The notes beneath the pieces were generated by a model. That model saw nothing but the letters and a program-made list of their open reading frames with translations. It was not told the DNA's origin and did not search any database. A DNA stretch of 64,000 nucleotides from the human T2T-CHM13v2.0 reference genome, Homo sapiens: assembly GCF_009914755.1 (NCBI RefSeq), contig NC_060927.1. The stretch is one strand, 5' to 3'. The position numbers and the translations under genes were made by a program. Positions 39,877-53,989 of the stretch are shown piece after piece (position 1 is the first letter of the stretch; each line of letters opens with the position of its first letter).

Positions 39877-42800
39877 TCAGGCATGCTAATTGAGTGAAAG
39901 TCTTCAAAGTAAGAAATGGTTTTCAATTATTTGAATCATTATTCCTTGGCAAAATGCTAGTACCTTTTTTAAGGGTCGCTGGGAAGGTTGATGAAATATT
40001 TCATGTAAACGTCTTAGGCAACAGTGAGCACTTTAGATAGCATTTGACCAGTGATAATCATTTTCATCCTTACTTATCTGTTAGCTTTTTTTTTTTACTA
40101 TGGTTTTCCTCTTATTTGATGACCATACTATCATAAATTTTCCTTTATTTTTCCCCTTTATCCTTCTCTTCTCTTCTTTATGACTTTAATTGGTTTTTTC
40201 TCCTTTCATTGAAAAATAAATACTGGTTTTATACCACTCTTTATTTCCTATAACAAGGACAGCTGTACCCAGTGGTGCCACTTTATAGCCCCAACCATGC
40301 CTCCATGCTGAGTGTGTCCTTTCATCAGATTTCCTTGACATCTGTAAAAGATCAGTCCGGGAATGTATAATTGCTAATGGTATAGTCTGTACAGTACAGA
40401 AAATATGGCTATTCATTGTGGAGAGTAGCCTAGTCACTGAAGTTTAAATACATCAGAGTGTCCTTTAAAAATAAGAGGTAGGAATGCATTGATAGCTTGG
40501 TGTAGGAAATTTTATAGTCTGAATAGATTCTCAATTGATTTTCCGTATAGTACACATAGATTTCTATTCACTTTAGTGGAGAATTTACAAAAGGTATGCC
40601 TTACATTATGTCATGAAAAGGAAAATATTGAAAAAAAGGTCAATCCATACATAAATTTTGAGCAGAGAAAGTATAGCTTAAATGAAATAGGTTTTTCTAA
40701 TTATTGGTAATTTGTGTGGTGCGTGCATAGGCATGTGTGTACTTCTTTTGCTTTACCTGGAAATAGTCTATGTATGTAAAAGTTGAGGTATAATCAACAA
40801 AAACTTAGCATATCTTTCTACATCTGTACCAATGTCAGGGAACTATGATGTCTCTCACACTCCTTTGAAAGAGAACATTAAAAAAAATCAAAACTCCCTC
40901 TAAGTAATATAAAAATCTATTCATTACTGGTTTTCAGAATCACATGGTATATATTACATTGTTACTAAAATATTTTGAATGAAAATTATCTACAATAAAT
41001 AGCTTATTATTTCCACTGAATTACACAAAGCAGACATTGAAACTTGTCAGAATGTCAGACATTTTTTAAGATGAAAGGAAAACTGATTACAAATGTGATT
41101 TTAATTTGAGGACTCGGAGAGGTAATCCTTGAAGTCAGAGTTCCAGTATAATTTAAAAACATCCAAAACTTTTGATGATGTACTCTGATAGTTAAAATAA
41201 TTATTGAGTTCCTACTACATGTATATTCATAGATAGCTACAGATTTAGTTATTAAATTTCTACATGTACCTTTCTATATATTGTACACACAATTGAAATT
41301 AAATATGAATTTTAAAATGGACTGCACAAGGATGGATGACTTCCTAATCTCTTCCCGCTGTCTCACATGCTTCATTGAGCTCCTAAGAGGTTTATTCTAT
41401 TATGCATAGTCCTGGATGGTGCTTTGGGTGAGATCTGTAAGATTTGGTCTTTTCTCATGGCTGCAATTAGATCTTCTCTTGCTACATCATCCTACCAAAT
41501 ACCCAAAGATATGTCAATATTATCCTGATTAGAAGGTATGGTAACCCACAGGACCTTTATAAATCACCTTTTGCCTCACCTTCCTCTCTATCACTTAGGG
41601 TCTTAATAATTATTGCCTAAAGTTCTGAAGTACTCCCTACACACACACACATGGCCTCCAACTTTATATTAAGGTGATTTAATAAAGAAACTATTTTTTA
41701 ATGAAAACAGATGCATTCTAAGCCTTTTCTATTAACATGATGATTTTTAAAAGACTTTATGTTCCTTTTGCTTTATGAGCAGAAATCTAGAATTTTATAA
41801 CTCTTATACTTTGTTTAATGGCTCAAGAAGTAGCTGTCACTTTTTGGGAACTGGGAATTAGCTACAGATTATATACTGCTGTCTTATCTGAAATTCATTT
41901 GCAAAACTCTAGGGTTGAAACTACTTGTAATTGTAAAAGTCTGTGAGATTTGCTGGTTACATAGAGACATTGAAATGATTATGTAAATGATCATTTAAAT
42001 CATATTACTATATCCTATTCTATGACTATAAAAATTTTTAAGATATAATTTTTATGAACAGTATTTTGTGTTTTTTTTAAGGTTTGACCTTTTCCTTTAA
42101 ATATATTCACATGATTCGGAGCAGTGTTTGGAATTTTCAAGATGTTGGTATTCTTCAAATGTTTCAGGGACCAAATAGTTATAGAGATCACTGGAAAATG
42201 ATGGTGATTTTCCTCCTCAACTTATTCTTAGATAGAAATTGAAAGAAACCAGTTCCCCTAAGGGAAAATATTTTCCCTTGGCTTCATGAAGAAAACACAA
42301 GGATATGTGTGTAGAAGTAGTTGAATGGCTGGTTGACTTGAGTGGCTTCATCAAAATGGAGGCCCCTGTAGAGTAATGGTATCCTTAGTAGGTTCCAAGT
42401 TACAGGGATTTCTTGGCATGAAAACCATTGTGCTCTATTTGTGTTTGAAAGGCCTCCATTCATTGGGCTGGTTGTTTACATTGGCATTAATCTAATTACA
42501 TTCCGGTTGTTTTGAATTTAGTTTAGATATGCCATAAGTGATTCTACTTTCTATAATCATATGCAGAAATTACAAAGTAGCAGTCAACGAATTACTTTTA
42601 AAATAAGCAAACACTGGAACAACCAAACTCTTATGTTTTTCAGGAGCAAAATCCAAAATGTAAACACACACTGAAAAGCTCTTTAAAAATCAATGAAAGA
42701 TACTGTGCTTTTCCAAGCCAGAATTCTTGGTTTCCCTTGTGATTGTTAAAACAAAAGGAAGCAAAACTCTTGAAATGGATTCGTTTCAGCATTTTCTTCC

Positions 42801-44029
42801 CCACATCTAATAAGAGGGAATGTTTTCCAGCAAGATAATGATGGGGAGTCAGGCGGAAAGATAGGGGACTTAGGAAAAGGGATAGCAGCAGTGATATTAG
42901 AATGTGAAGCTGGAAACTACTGCTCCCAGGACTAAATAGTCTAAGTGCTCCCAAATCTTGTGTCCATTACCAACAGGGAGATTGGCATGTCTGGTTTGGA
43001 AAGCATGTTTTTAATTTGCATTTGTCTAAAATTAAAAAGCCAACTTCTTATTGGGTGCTTTTCTCCCCCTGCTGTCTCTGGATTATTTTTCTGCTGTGAG
43101 CTCGTGCTTTATCTGCATGTGTGGGCTGTGAAGGTAGTATATGACTGGGCACCTGTAATCAAAGTATGGTAAAGAACCTAAACCTAGAAACATTATGTTG
43201 TTTCCTGTATAATTCAAAGTCAAAGCAGCATCAGTAATATAATTGTAACAACGTCCAGCAAAGTTCTAGCTTTTCTCCTTGTCAAACATTTATTTATTTT
43301 CTTTTAAAATATCAAACACCGTTTTAGATTTTAGAAATTAGAAAAAAAAAGTTTGGTGACTTTGCTGTCCCCTACATACATGTTGAACTCTCTGGTGGGT
43401 ACTCCAGCACCTGTTGGGGCTGAATTAAGCATTTTATTGGCTACTTATGTAGAAAGGAAATTATATTTGATATATTAATATATTTAGTAGTTGAGAGAAT
43501 AGATCTCAGGAAAGCTAAGTAATTTAACAGATATCAACAGATATTGTGAAAACAAGAATTAAAATCCAATTTTCTTACTTGTTCAATTCCCTGGTCCTCC
43601 TCTACGTTTTTCACTGCTGGCTAGAGGACTGTCTTTTGTATCTTCTCTAGGGCTTAAACTTGGCAAAAATGTGAAGTAGGTGGGATTGGAGGAATGTGTT
43701 TTGTTCCTTCAGTTCTACCCTCTCACTTTTCATTTCACTTGCATCCTCACAATTTCCACACAGCTCTCCCTTTCTACTTTGTCTACTCTCAGAGCCTTCT
43801 TGGTTCACATATTCGCATTTACACAAATGATGATTTAGGTTTAACATTCTATTATACCCAGGGGTGTGGTCATTTTTAGGGACAAGCAACAGGATTTAGA
43901 GGGATAAATGGTTCAGTAGTGGAATGTTGTCTTTTGAAAAGTGATATTTTGAGAGGAATAGCCCCTCATTGTCTATTACTCAAATTTAATGCATATTACA
44001 AATAATGCTTATTTTGTTTGCAAGAAGGT

Positions 44030-44145
44030 TCATTTTTTTTCTTTCTTCCTTCTTTTTACTTTCTCTTTTTTCTTTCTCTCTCTCTCCTCTCCTTCTTTCT
44101 CTTTTTTTCTTCTTTCTCTGTCTCTCCCATTCATTCTTTCTTTCA
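44030..44145. repeat. CT-rich low-complexity tract
   Basis: About 115 bp nearly pure pyrimidine. Confidence 0.85.
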
Positions 44146-45279
44146 TCAAGTGGTACATGTCTACTGTTTGTTTCTAGAGATGAAACCTAAATTATAGTCT
44201 TACATTCATAATTGGCAGTTAGTGAGTCCACCTTATTTTTCATATAGACTTCTTTTGGTAAAATTTCACTGCATTATCATGATATATTAATCCATCTTGA
44301 TACTATATTGTAACTTCCTCTACACCTAACACCCTTTACCTTGTCTTTGAGGTCCAGGGACCTGTTTAAATACCTCTGTTCATTTTTATAATGATACAAT
44401 CTGTAACTATCAATACATGTCCTTGGTTTAAAAAAAATATAAATAAGATAGTAAGTTTACAACTCACCTATAGCTTTGTTAACCTTTTTTTCTTTAATTC
44501 TTAAAAATTATTTCAAAGTCAAAACGGCTTCAATTTACTTTCCACTGTCACGAATTTCACTCTGTGAAATGAGAACAACTCAAACTTCACATTGAGAAGT
44601 ATTTTCTGATGTTTATTAGTTGTGCTTGTATAGTACTGCCAATTACATTTATTAGCCCTAAATATTAAACAGCTGGCAGAATTCCATTGTATATAAATAA
44701 GACATTTGAGACCTGGACAAGTGCCATGTTGAATACAGCCAGCTGGTGCTTTTTACAGTTTTTTTCGGGCTACTAGTACTGATGCCACAGTACATTCAGT
44801 GTTTAGGTAAATGACAATAGAAAAACATGTTGTGAATTGGGAATTCTATAGGAAATTCCATTATGTAGAAATATAGCATTTCAAAGACTTTTAAACCAAG
44901 GAAATGATACGTTATGCACCTGTTGATTGAATTTGTTGAATTTTGTGTCGCCTGGAATATGTTTTTAATCTTTAATTTACTGTGTGCCCATTTTATATTG
45001 CTGAGTTATGCCATGCAAAATGATGACTGCTTTTATGTTTCGTCTTCTAATAAAATAAATTTTTATTTCAGATTTATTTTAATTATAAAAGTGTATTGAA
45101 CTTAATAGTAGTATACAGTTTAGATTCTCACTTTATATGTAGAATTTACTCTTTCAGAGTACTACAGACTTTAATTTTTATCCTCACGAATATTTTTATG
45201 TTCATATCCTACCTTTGTTGAATTACTGTATAAAAGCCCTTTCTTATTACATCAAATTTGTGTTTTTGAAAAGCAAACA

Positions 45280-45560
45280 TATTTATAATATGCTTAATGT
45301 ATATTAATAAGTAATTAATATTTATTTATGAATGTATTTAATATATGAGTCTATACATTACCGATTTATTAGTATTCATTAATAAATTAATAAATATTAA
45401 TAAATAATATACATTATAAATAAATGTATATATCTATGCATTTAATACATATTTATTTATATATTATTCATAAGTGTATAAAGCTATACATGTATTATGT
45501 AATTAATTTATCTTATTTAATGTGTATTAATAAATAATTGACATATATTTACAATATACT
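45280..45560. repeat. AT-rich low-complexity tract
   Basis: Almost exclusively A/T, with taataaat and atattaat units. Confidence 0.75.
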
Positions 45561-46339
45561 TATTGAATAAGACAAATGCTAGTAAAGTGACTTGCACTGT
45601 TGCAAATATAAAAAATATGTTAATTTAAATTAAAAAATGAATTTGAGCTGATGAATATCAGTGTGATTCTAAAAATGTCCCTCTGTTTTAAAAGACTATA
45701 TGTTCTTAAATTTAACTGGTAAATACTGTAGAAAATATTTGTTGATTTACATGATGTGCGAGAGTGTGTGTATGTATACAAGCATGTGTATGAAAAGTTT
45801 AAATTAAACAGTAGCCTTGTCACCATAAACACTTATCTGAGATAATTGGCCATGACATAGCTTTGTAGGAACACTTCAGAGGCTGCGCTGGGCTTGAGAA
45901 ATGTAATATAACAACTCTCTTGACTTCAGTGAAATAAATGTATATTATATATTAATTAACACTAAAAATCTCTTAGCACCACAAACCTGCTTTCTTTGAC
46001 AATTCTACATATATTTTAAAGTGTATAACTGGTATCTCCTAAACAGAAACAAGTAATCTGAAAAAAATTCAGGATTTTAATGGGCAATATATAACAAGTT
46101 ACTTTATTCCAATAATATAAAAGAAAACTAGTAGGCAGAATTTTGTTTTTATTTATTTTGTGATTTAATGATTTTCATGATGACAATAAATGGATACATT
46201 CTTGTTTGTAATTCCCCCTTTAATACCCACACATAATACTTCCTCAATAAAATGTTATTGAAGAAACAAATAGATGAAACACATCCAGATAAAAATAAGC
46301 CAGCTACGATCTCGTTCTATCATAGGCACGTGAATGACA

Positions 46340-47050
46340 CCCATGTTGCCAAACGCTGTGGCTCAGTCGTCAACCGTCACCTTGCTCATCTTGCAGAAGT
46401 ATTTGGGAGTGCTTACTGACTTTTCTTCTTTTCATCATCGACTTTTATTCAGAAACTTCTTCATTTGGTGTCAGCATACTATTTTCATAGTTCTCTTGCT
46501 TTACTGGGCACTTTTTCTTAAGCTCTTTCCTAGATTCTCCCAAAAATTCTTGATTTCTAATAAATGAAAAATTCTAGAACTCATTCTTCAAACTCCTTCT
46601 ATTCTCTGTACAATCTTTTCCTAGCCAATATCACCATCTGCATATTGACCGTCCTTATATTATATCCTTGACTTCATCATGCTCCTAAATTCCAGACTCA
46701 TAACAGGTGCTATTACAAACTTCACTTCTAACTAATATATCCAAGATACTTCTATATTCTTTCACCAAACCTGCTCCTTCTTCAGTTAATCTTTCCCATC
46801 TTAATAAATGATTTTCTTCTTCACATCATTCACACCTCTTCCCATGACAATTTATCAGAGCTGTGATCCTTGACCACTGTGTCCCTCTACCCTCCTTCAT
46901 TCTTCACTATCTGTTCTCTTTTTCCTCCTTAAAAGTAGGTTCCATGAAACTTGAGACTGCTATTTGTTTATCTAACAGCCTCTATCCCCAGTTTTGAAAA
47001 GTGTATGGTTCATACTAGGCCCTCAAGAAATACTTTTGAGTGAGTTAAAT
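46340..47050 (+). mobile_element. L2 fragment
   Basis: 'ctcctaaattccagactcata', 'ccaaacctgctccttc'; 3' end 'tatccccagt..catactaggccctcaagaaatacttttgagtga'. Confidence 0.65.
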
Positions 47051-47370
47051 ATAAGACTATAGTAAGTGCTTCTCTCATGTGCTATCTAGACTAGATGCCT
47101 GTGCCTGGAGTGTAATACCTGGAGTTAAATGGATTCCAGTTTATGTAGAAAGTTTAGAAAACATTTCTGAAAGGAATAAATTTTAGTCTTTCTCAGGAGT
47201 ATGAAGAGGACTAAATGGGAAGGATTGTCCTTACCTTATGAAATGAGATGTATACCTTAAACTATAATTGACATTAAGTGGGATTCTAGTATTAAAGTCC
47301 AAACCTTCATTTCATTAGTATTAATGTCCAATTCTTCAATCCTAATATAATGTTGAAAACTATACTAAGA

Positions 47371-47673
<303 letters not shown>

Positions 47674-48126
47674 CTAAGAGACCTAGCTCTAGTCTAAGCC
47701 ACTTTTCTCTTCTTGAGAATTCCTCGTTTCCTGAACGTTACTTTGAGTTCTGTATTGCTCCCCTGACAAATTCTTTTTATTCCAAAACAGAACCCTTGCT
47801 TTCATTTGCAATATTTTTTCACATTATCTATTTTTTAAAACTAAATTACTGTAAGTACTCTATTTTAAACAACTGGTTACTAAGGAGGCATTAATTGTGT
47901 CCATTATGATCTGCAATTTATTATTAGTACGTCTTCCTTTGTTCAGTAGCCCTGCCATTTTGCATTGAGATTTAATACTGGAAAACAAATTTTAAACCCA
48001 GTTCAGCTCATTTGGAAGTATAATTTCAACATGAGATCTGAGCTGAAAACAGGTACCTCGTTCAGAAATTTAAACCTAAGACACTTCCTGTGCAACAGTA
48101 TTAAACATCCTCTATCTGTAGCAGCT

Positions 48127-48619
48127 CAAGGTTTTACTATTTAACCATTTTATGACTACTTTACCTAAAAGCTGCACCTGCTTCTTTGATTTATATTATA
48201 TATCTTATTGAAATCAGGCCACACTTTCCTTTACTTATTTTTTTAACACTTACTAAGAGAAGCTGATAAAGAAAAATATTAACATTTCTGGACCGGTCTG
48301 ATGATAGTACTTTAAATTATTTTTCCTAACTCTCTTCAAACAAACTAACTCTCTTATTTTTCCTAACTCTCTTCAAACTCGTTGTTTGCCAGGTGAGTCT
48401 ATGAAAACAAATGAATCAGTCATTTCAGAGAACAATATATCTACCAATTAACTGGGTAACCAATTAACCAATTACCTATAAACATAGGCTTTATTTTAAT
48501 ATTAAACATTTAAATTTTGTATAAATATTGTTACAAGATATATTCTTTGTTACATATACTGTGACTAAAGACCACAGACTGGGTGGTTTAAACAAAAGAA
48601 GTATTTTTCTCACAGGCTG
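48127..48619 (+). repeat. Inverted repeat arm A (donor copy)
   Basis: Reverse complement of 49586-50042 apart from about 4 substitutions, one 1-bp indel and a 37-bp extra segment. Confidence 0.97.
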
Positions 48620-49075
48620 GAAGTGTGAAATCAACATGTTGACACGATTGCTTCCTCTGATAACCTTGAAATACAGGTGTAATTGCATAAAGTTGTAGTT
48701 TTTATAAATATAACATTTGAAACCCCAAAATAATATATTCTGTGAATATCTTCTCTTTATGTAGGCCATTTACAAAATATGGAAACCTTTGAGATACCAC
48801 AGTTGAGAAGTATCTGTTTCAAGCCTCTCTTTCTGGCTTATAAATGGCTGTCTTCTCGTGTCTCTTCACATTGTCTTCCCTCAATATATGTCTGTGTCCA
48901 AATTTCCTCTTCTTATAAGGCCTCCGTAGTATCGAATTAGAGCTCACAATAATAACTTCATTGTCATTTAATTACCTCTTTACAGATCTTCTCTCCAAAT
49001 ATACTCCCATCCTGAGATCCTGAGGGTTAGAACTTCAAAGTATGAATTTTGGGGGTATATGATTCAGCCCATAAT
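48540..49075 (-). mobile_element. MLT1A/MLT1B MaLR solo LTR, interrupted at about 48669-48802
   Basis: 'accacagactgggtggtttaaacaa', 'tctgtgtccaaatttcctcttcttataagg'; terminal 'tatgaattttggggg..attcagcccataa'. Confidence 0.85.
48669..48800 (+). repeat. Direct ~89% copy of 51130-51253 inserted in the MLT1 LTR
   Basis: Shared 'taattgcataa.gttgtagttt', 'gaatatcttctctttatgtaggccattt.caaaatatg'; both copies give MAYIKRRYS in the minus-strand ORF track. Confidence 0.9.
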
Positions 49076-49277
49076 ATATGTTTAAACGTTTACCCATTTC
49101 ATTTTATTCTTTTTATTGGAAATATTAAAATACAATATTCCTCTTTCATTGGTGTAGTAAACATTGACTGGGTGACGCCTGCCAGATATTATGCTAGCTT
49201 AGAAGACAAAAATGGATGAATACATTTGAGCCACAGTGCTTATTAAAAATTAAAGTGGAGTTTCTTCTGACCTTTAA

Positions 49278-50042
<765 letters not shown>

Positions 50043-50058
50043 TCTCCTTTGTCTCGCC

Positions 50059-50215
50059 CTAGTGTGTGACTTCGGGACCTTCCTTAATCTTTTGGCAGCT
50101 CCCTGTCTTCATCTTTTGAAAGGAGATATTATTTATTTTTAACTTGTAGGTTGGTTATGAGGACTATATTAGGTTTATAAATATCAATAACTTAGAAAAG
50201 TGTCTGGCCCATGAA
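50059..50215 (+). mobile_element. MIR (right part; left part probably about 49300-49330)
   Basis: 'ctagtgtgtgacttcggg..ccttaatc..cttcatcttt..gtaggttggttatgagga..cttagaaaagtgtctggc'. Confidence 0.6.
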
Positions 50216-51514
50216 AAACATGTAGTGCGTGATTAAGGATTTGGCAAACCCAGTGAAAGAACGTCCAGATCCAAGAGGAGAATCCTAGGTATAATATTTT
50301 GTTCTAGAAACCACACTACATTATGGAGTGTTCATTAACTTACATTCAACACCTACAATACTGTGAGTGACTGCTGATATTGAAAATGATGTACTCTGAG
50401 CCTTCGTAGATCCAGAGTTATAGGAGTAAAAGTTTAATTTTCTTCAAAATAGTAAGGCTAAGATTTGAAGCAGGAAACTATAATAATAAATATAAATAAA
50501 AGGTAAAATATACTATATATACTACATACACTAAGAAATATTTTATGTACCAAAATATATTCATATATGTATACACATCAAGTAGAAATAAATAAAATGA
50601 CTGTAGGATTTAGGAATTAGTTCTCCAATAACCAGAATACACAATTGACCAAAATATTTGCCTTCTGGTATACTTATAAAAATCTCTAAAATATAGAGTT
50701 AATTTGGTTTTCTTCAATGTAATCCTACTTAATTTCATGGTATTGACTTGGATTTCATATTTTGAATAGAGGATCCTAATACAGAGAAAACTGGTATATG
50801 TTACCATTTTAGGTGTCATAAAGCTCTAGAAGCTGAAGAATTCTCTGGAGACATGTAATATTAGGCAAATAAAATAAGGAGCCATCCTGCTCCTAATTCA
50901 GAGTAAGTAACTGCTTTAAAATATACTGGATTTATTTAGCCTCATCAGATTAGGATATAGCCAAAATCAATAAATAATCACTTGTAAAATTTGAGGTAGA
51001 ATTTAGAGAAATATTTTCAAATAAATATATTTTTACACACCTATTATTAATACATAAACTTTGAATGAGTTTGTAAATAATCTCTGAAATCTTTTGTACA
51101 AAGTTGGAACAAAAATTTATCTGGATAGTAAATAGAGGTATAATTGCATAACGTTGTAGTTTACATAAATATAATATTTGAAACCACAAAATATCTGAAT
51201 ATCTTCTCTTTATGTAGGCCATTTGCAAAATATGAAATCATTTGAGATGCCACCCAAAAAAATGGTTAATCTGTGAATAAAGACAACAAGATCTTTGTAG
51301 CTTAAGTAGCTGGCCATTGTTTTTGGGTTTAAAAATTTCTTTTAAGTTCAAAATATTGCTCTGATAAGCTACAAGTTTGTAGCTGCTTCCCACCAAATGA
51401 TAGCGGCCTTGGCATTACCATGGGAACAATTGTTACAATTTGATAATCCTATTTTTCACAATTCAATTTGTGATTAGAAAGATTTTCTTCATCCTTGATC
51501 ATTTTGATGTAGAA

Positions 51515-51782
51515 AGGATTTGTTAAAAGACACAAAATTACAGTTAGAGAGGAGGAGTAAGTGCTAGTGTTTTATACTGCAGGATAGCTACCGTTAACAA
51601 TAAAATATTATATAGTTTCAAATAACTAGAAGGAGGATATTGAACATTTCCAACAGAAAGAAATGATAAATGTATGAAATCATAGATATACTCATTACCC
51701 TGATCTGTTCACTGTACATTATATATTCCAAAATGTGACTATGTGCCCTATGAATATATACAATTATTGTCAATTAAAATAA
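51515..51782 (+). mobile_element. L1MA (about MA4-MA5) 3' end
   Basis: 'acaaaattacagttagagaggagg', 'aaagaaatgataaatgt', 'ttaccctgatctg', ending 'tgtcaattaaaataa'. Confidence 0.8.
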
Positions 51783-53374
51783 TATTTTAAATGATATTGA
51801 ATAAACTACTTTTTTAGAAAAATTTAATTACACAAAATGATATGAGTACACACTATTTAGCTTTTTAAGTGTTTCCCAATATGTTTACCTGCTATGAACA
51901 TGTTATATGAATAGTATTGAACCATTTTTCTGAGCTCAAAATTTATAAATGTTCCTTCATCTCTAAAATTTCATGTCCAAGTGGCTATTTATGGTTCTAA
52001 TGTATTTCATTATTTTTGCTTGTACACACATTCACATTAGGCTATGAAACGGAATGCACTATATATTATAGAACATTTGTAAACATATGATAATTTTCAA
52101 AGTAGAATATTTATCACTTATGATTTATTTATAATCATTTTTAGGTCAGGATTAAAATGAGATTTAGTCCATTCCCAAATATTCTTCCAGAAATGTAACT
52201 TTTCTTTAAAAATACTAATATTTCAGAACTTGTTAAAACATACTCTTTATAGTACATGGATTGATGTGCTAACAAAACGATATTTTAATAAGATAACTAG
52301 GTTCATCTAAAATTATAGTAATACTATATTTCTGTATTTGTTTCAAAGTTATTAATATTTGCCTGTAACTGGCAAATCTCGTATTAAGTATTAGTAGAGC
52401 AGAGTTTTATCCAGACTGACTTTACAATTAGTCCCTTCTGCCTTGCAGAAACAATGTGGTTTATTGGCACTTGAACAGGTCTAAGAGTAAGAAGATCTGG
52501 TCTAGGTTGGACTTTTATTAGCTTTGACATTGGATGTGTTTCTGTCTCTCTCTGTAGATATCGATTAAGAAACCTGTAAAGAAAGTTCTCCAATCTCCTA
52601 TAGAATCTATTGAATATTTTTCTATTCAATAATAAAATTGTTAGGACAAAATCTCTGTATCTGCTTTGACTTCTTCTCTGCTATGCTTTATGAAGTAAAT
52701 GACGTTTTGTGAAAACCTCTGCTAACAAAAATACATGTATTTTTTATAGTCAATATCTGTCTTCTTGTCAGTTCACTCTCCTCAGACCATACTTTGCTCT
52801 AAAGCATCCTCTATAATACCTATACAGTTATTGAAATTCTCTTCTCTCCAGCAACTCTGACATTGTTTTTCCCTTGTTCTATTCTCACCTCTGCAAATGC
52901 TCCTTTTCCAGCAGTATATACCATGCCGAACTTGAAAAACTTTTTGATGTGGGAACATTTCAATATGGATGTTGGAAAGAGCAATTTCGATAATACAGTA
53001 TTTCCACTTCTCTCATCAGCTCATAGTTCTCTTCCTACCCTGTACACACAAGCATTTCATAATACAGTTTCCGACATTTCATTTTTCTTGTATTTTTTTC
53101 TTTTTTAAACATAAGATTTCTAAAACTTTAATTATATGACTCCAAAATCTGAATTTATATGCATGTAATTTTTTTTTCTGAATTCTGGATATCCATTTCA
53201 ACTTTTGAAAACATTCTTTTTCTGTGTTTCATGTTGACATTATTAGATTCTACCCATATTAAACTTTTGCTCCTCTTCTTTGCATAAGTTCTCACACCTG
53301 TTTTGCTGCTCTTTCTGCTCATAACGTTATCTCCAAGTCACCAAGACAGGTTCATAAAAAACAGGAAAGCTGTG

Positions 53375-53530
53375 CAACTGAAGAGTTCTGGGTTTGAATC
53401 TAGGCTCCACCATTAACAGCTAACAGATTTAGGGGAAGTTATTGAACCCCCTCCTAAGCTTCATTTTGTCTCATCTATAGAATTAGTAGATGATGGCACC
53501 TGCAGCACAGGGTTTTCAAGGATAAAATGA
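53375..53530 (+). mobile_element. MIR
   Basis: 'ctgggtttgaatctaggctccaccattaacagct..ggaagttattgaacc..gcttcatttt..ctcatctata..ggataaaatga'. Confidence 0.7.
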
Positions 53531-53989
53531 TGCAATGCCAGAAAGGCCCATTACCTTGAACATAAAATGGTCAATATGATTATCCAATGTTAGCTTAAAA
53601 CCTCAGAGTCATTTTCAGGTTTTTAGTTTTCTCAAAACAAATATCAATCGTTTGTCAAGTCCTTGTCCTACTCCTAAAATATTTCTCTCATTCAAAAATT
53701 AGTTCATTTATTTGCTTATTCAATGAGTGGATTATGTGGAACTGTCCTGGGTGTTGGGTATCAGTAATGAGCAAAATGAACAAGTCCTCATTACCTGTCC
53801 CTTAGATAACCACAGTAACTCTCAGATCCATCTGCCTCCATTCCTCATCTAGCCCATCCTAAACACTCTTGCCAAAGCAATGTACTTAAATCTAATTGTT
53901 GCTTAAATCTCACGAGTGATGAGAAAAACTTCCATTATATTCCAAACCATCTACATGGTCATTCCCCACTGTTCTAATTTTCTACTATT

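Noticed and set aside
48300-48480. Repeated units resembling a repeat-spacer (CRISPR-like) array
   Set aside because: Only two copies with self-derived spacer, in eukaryotic DNA; simple slippage
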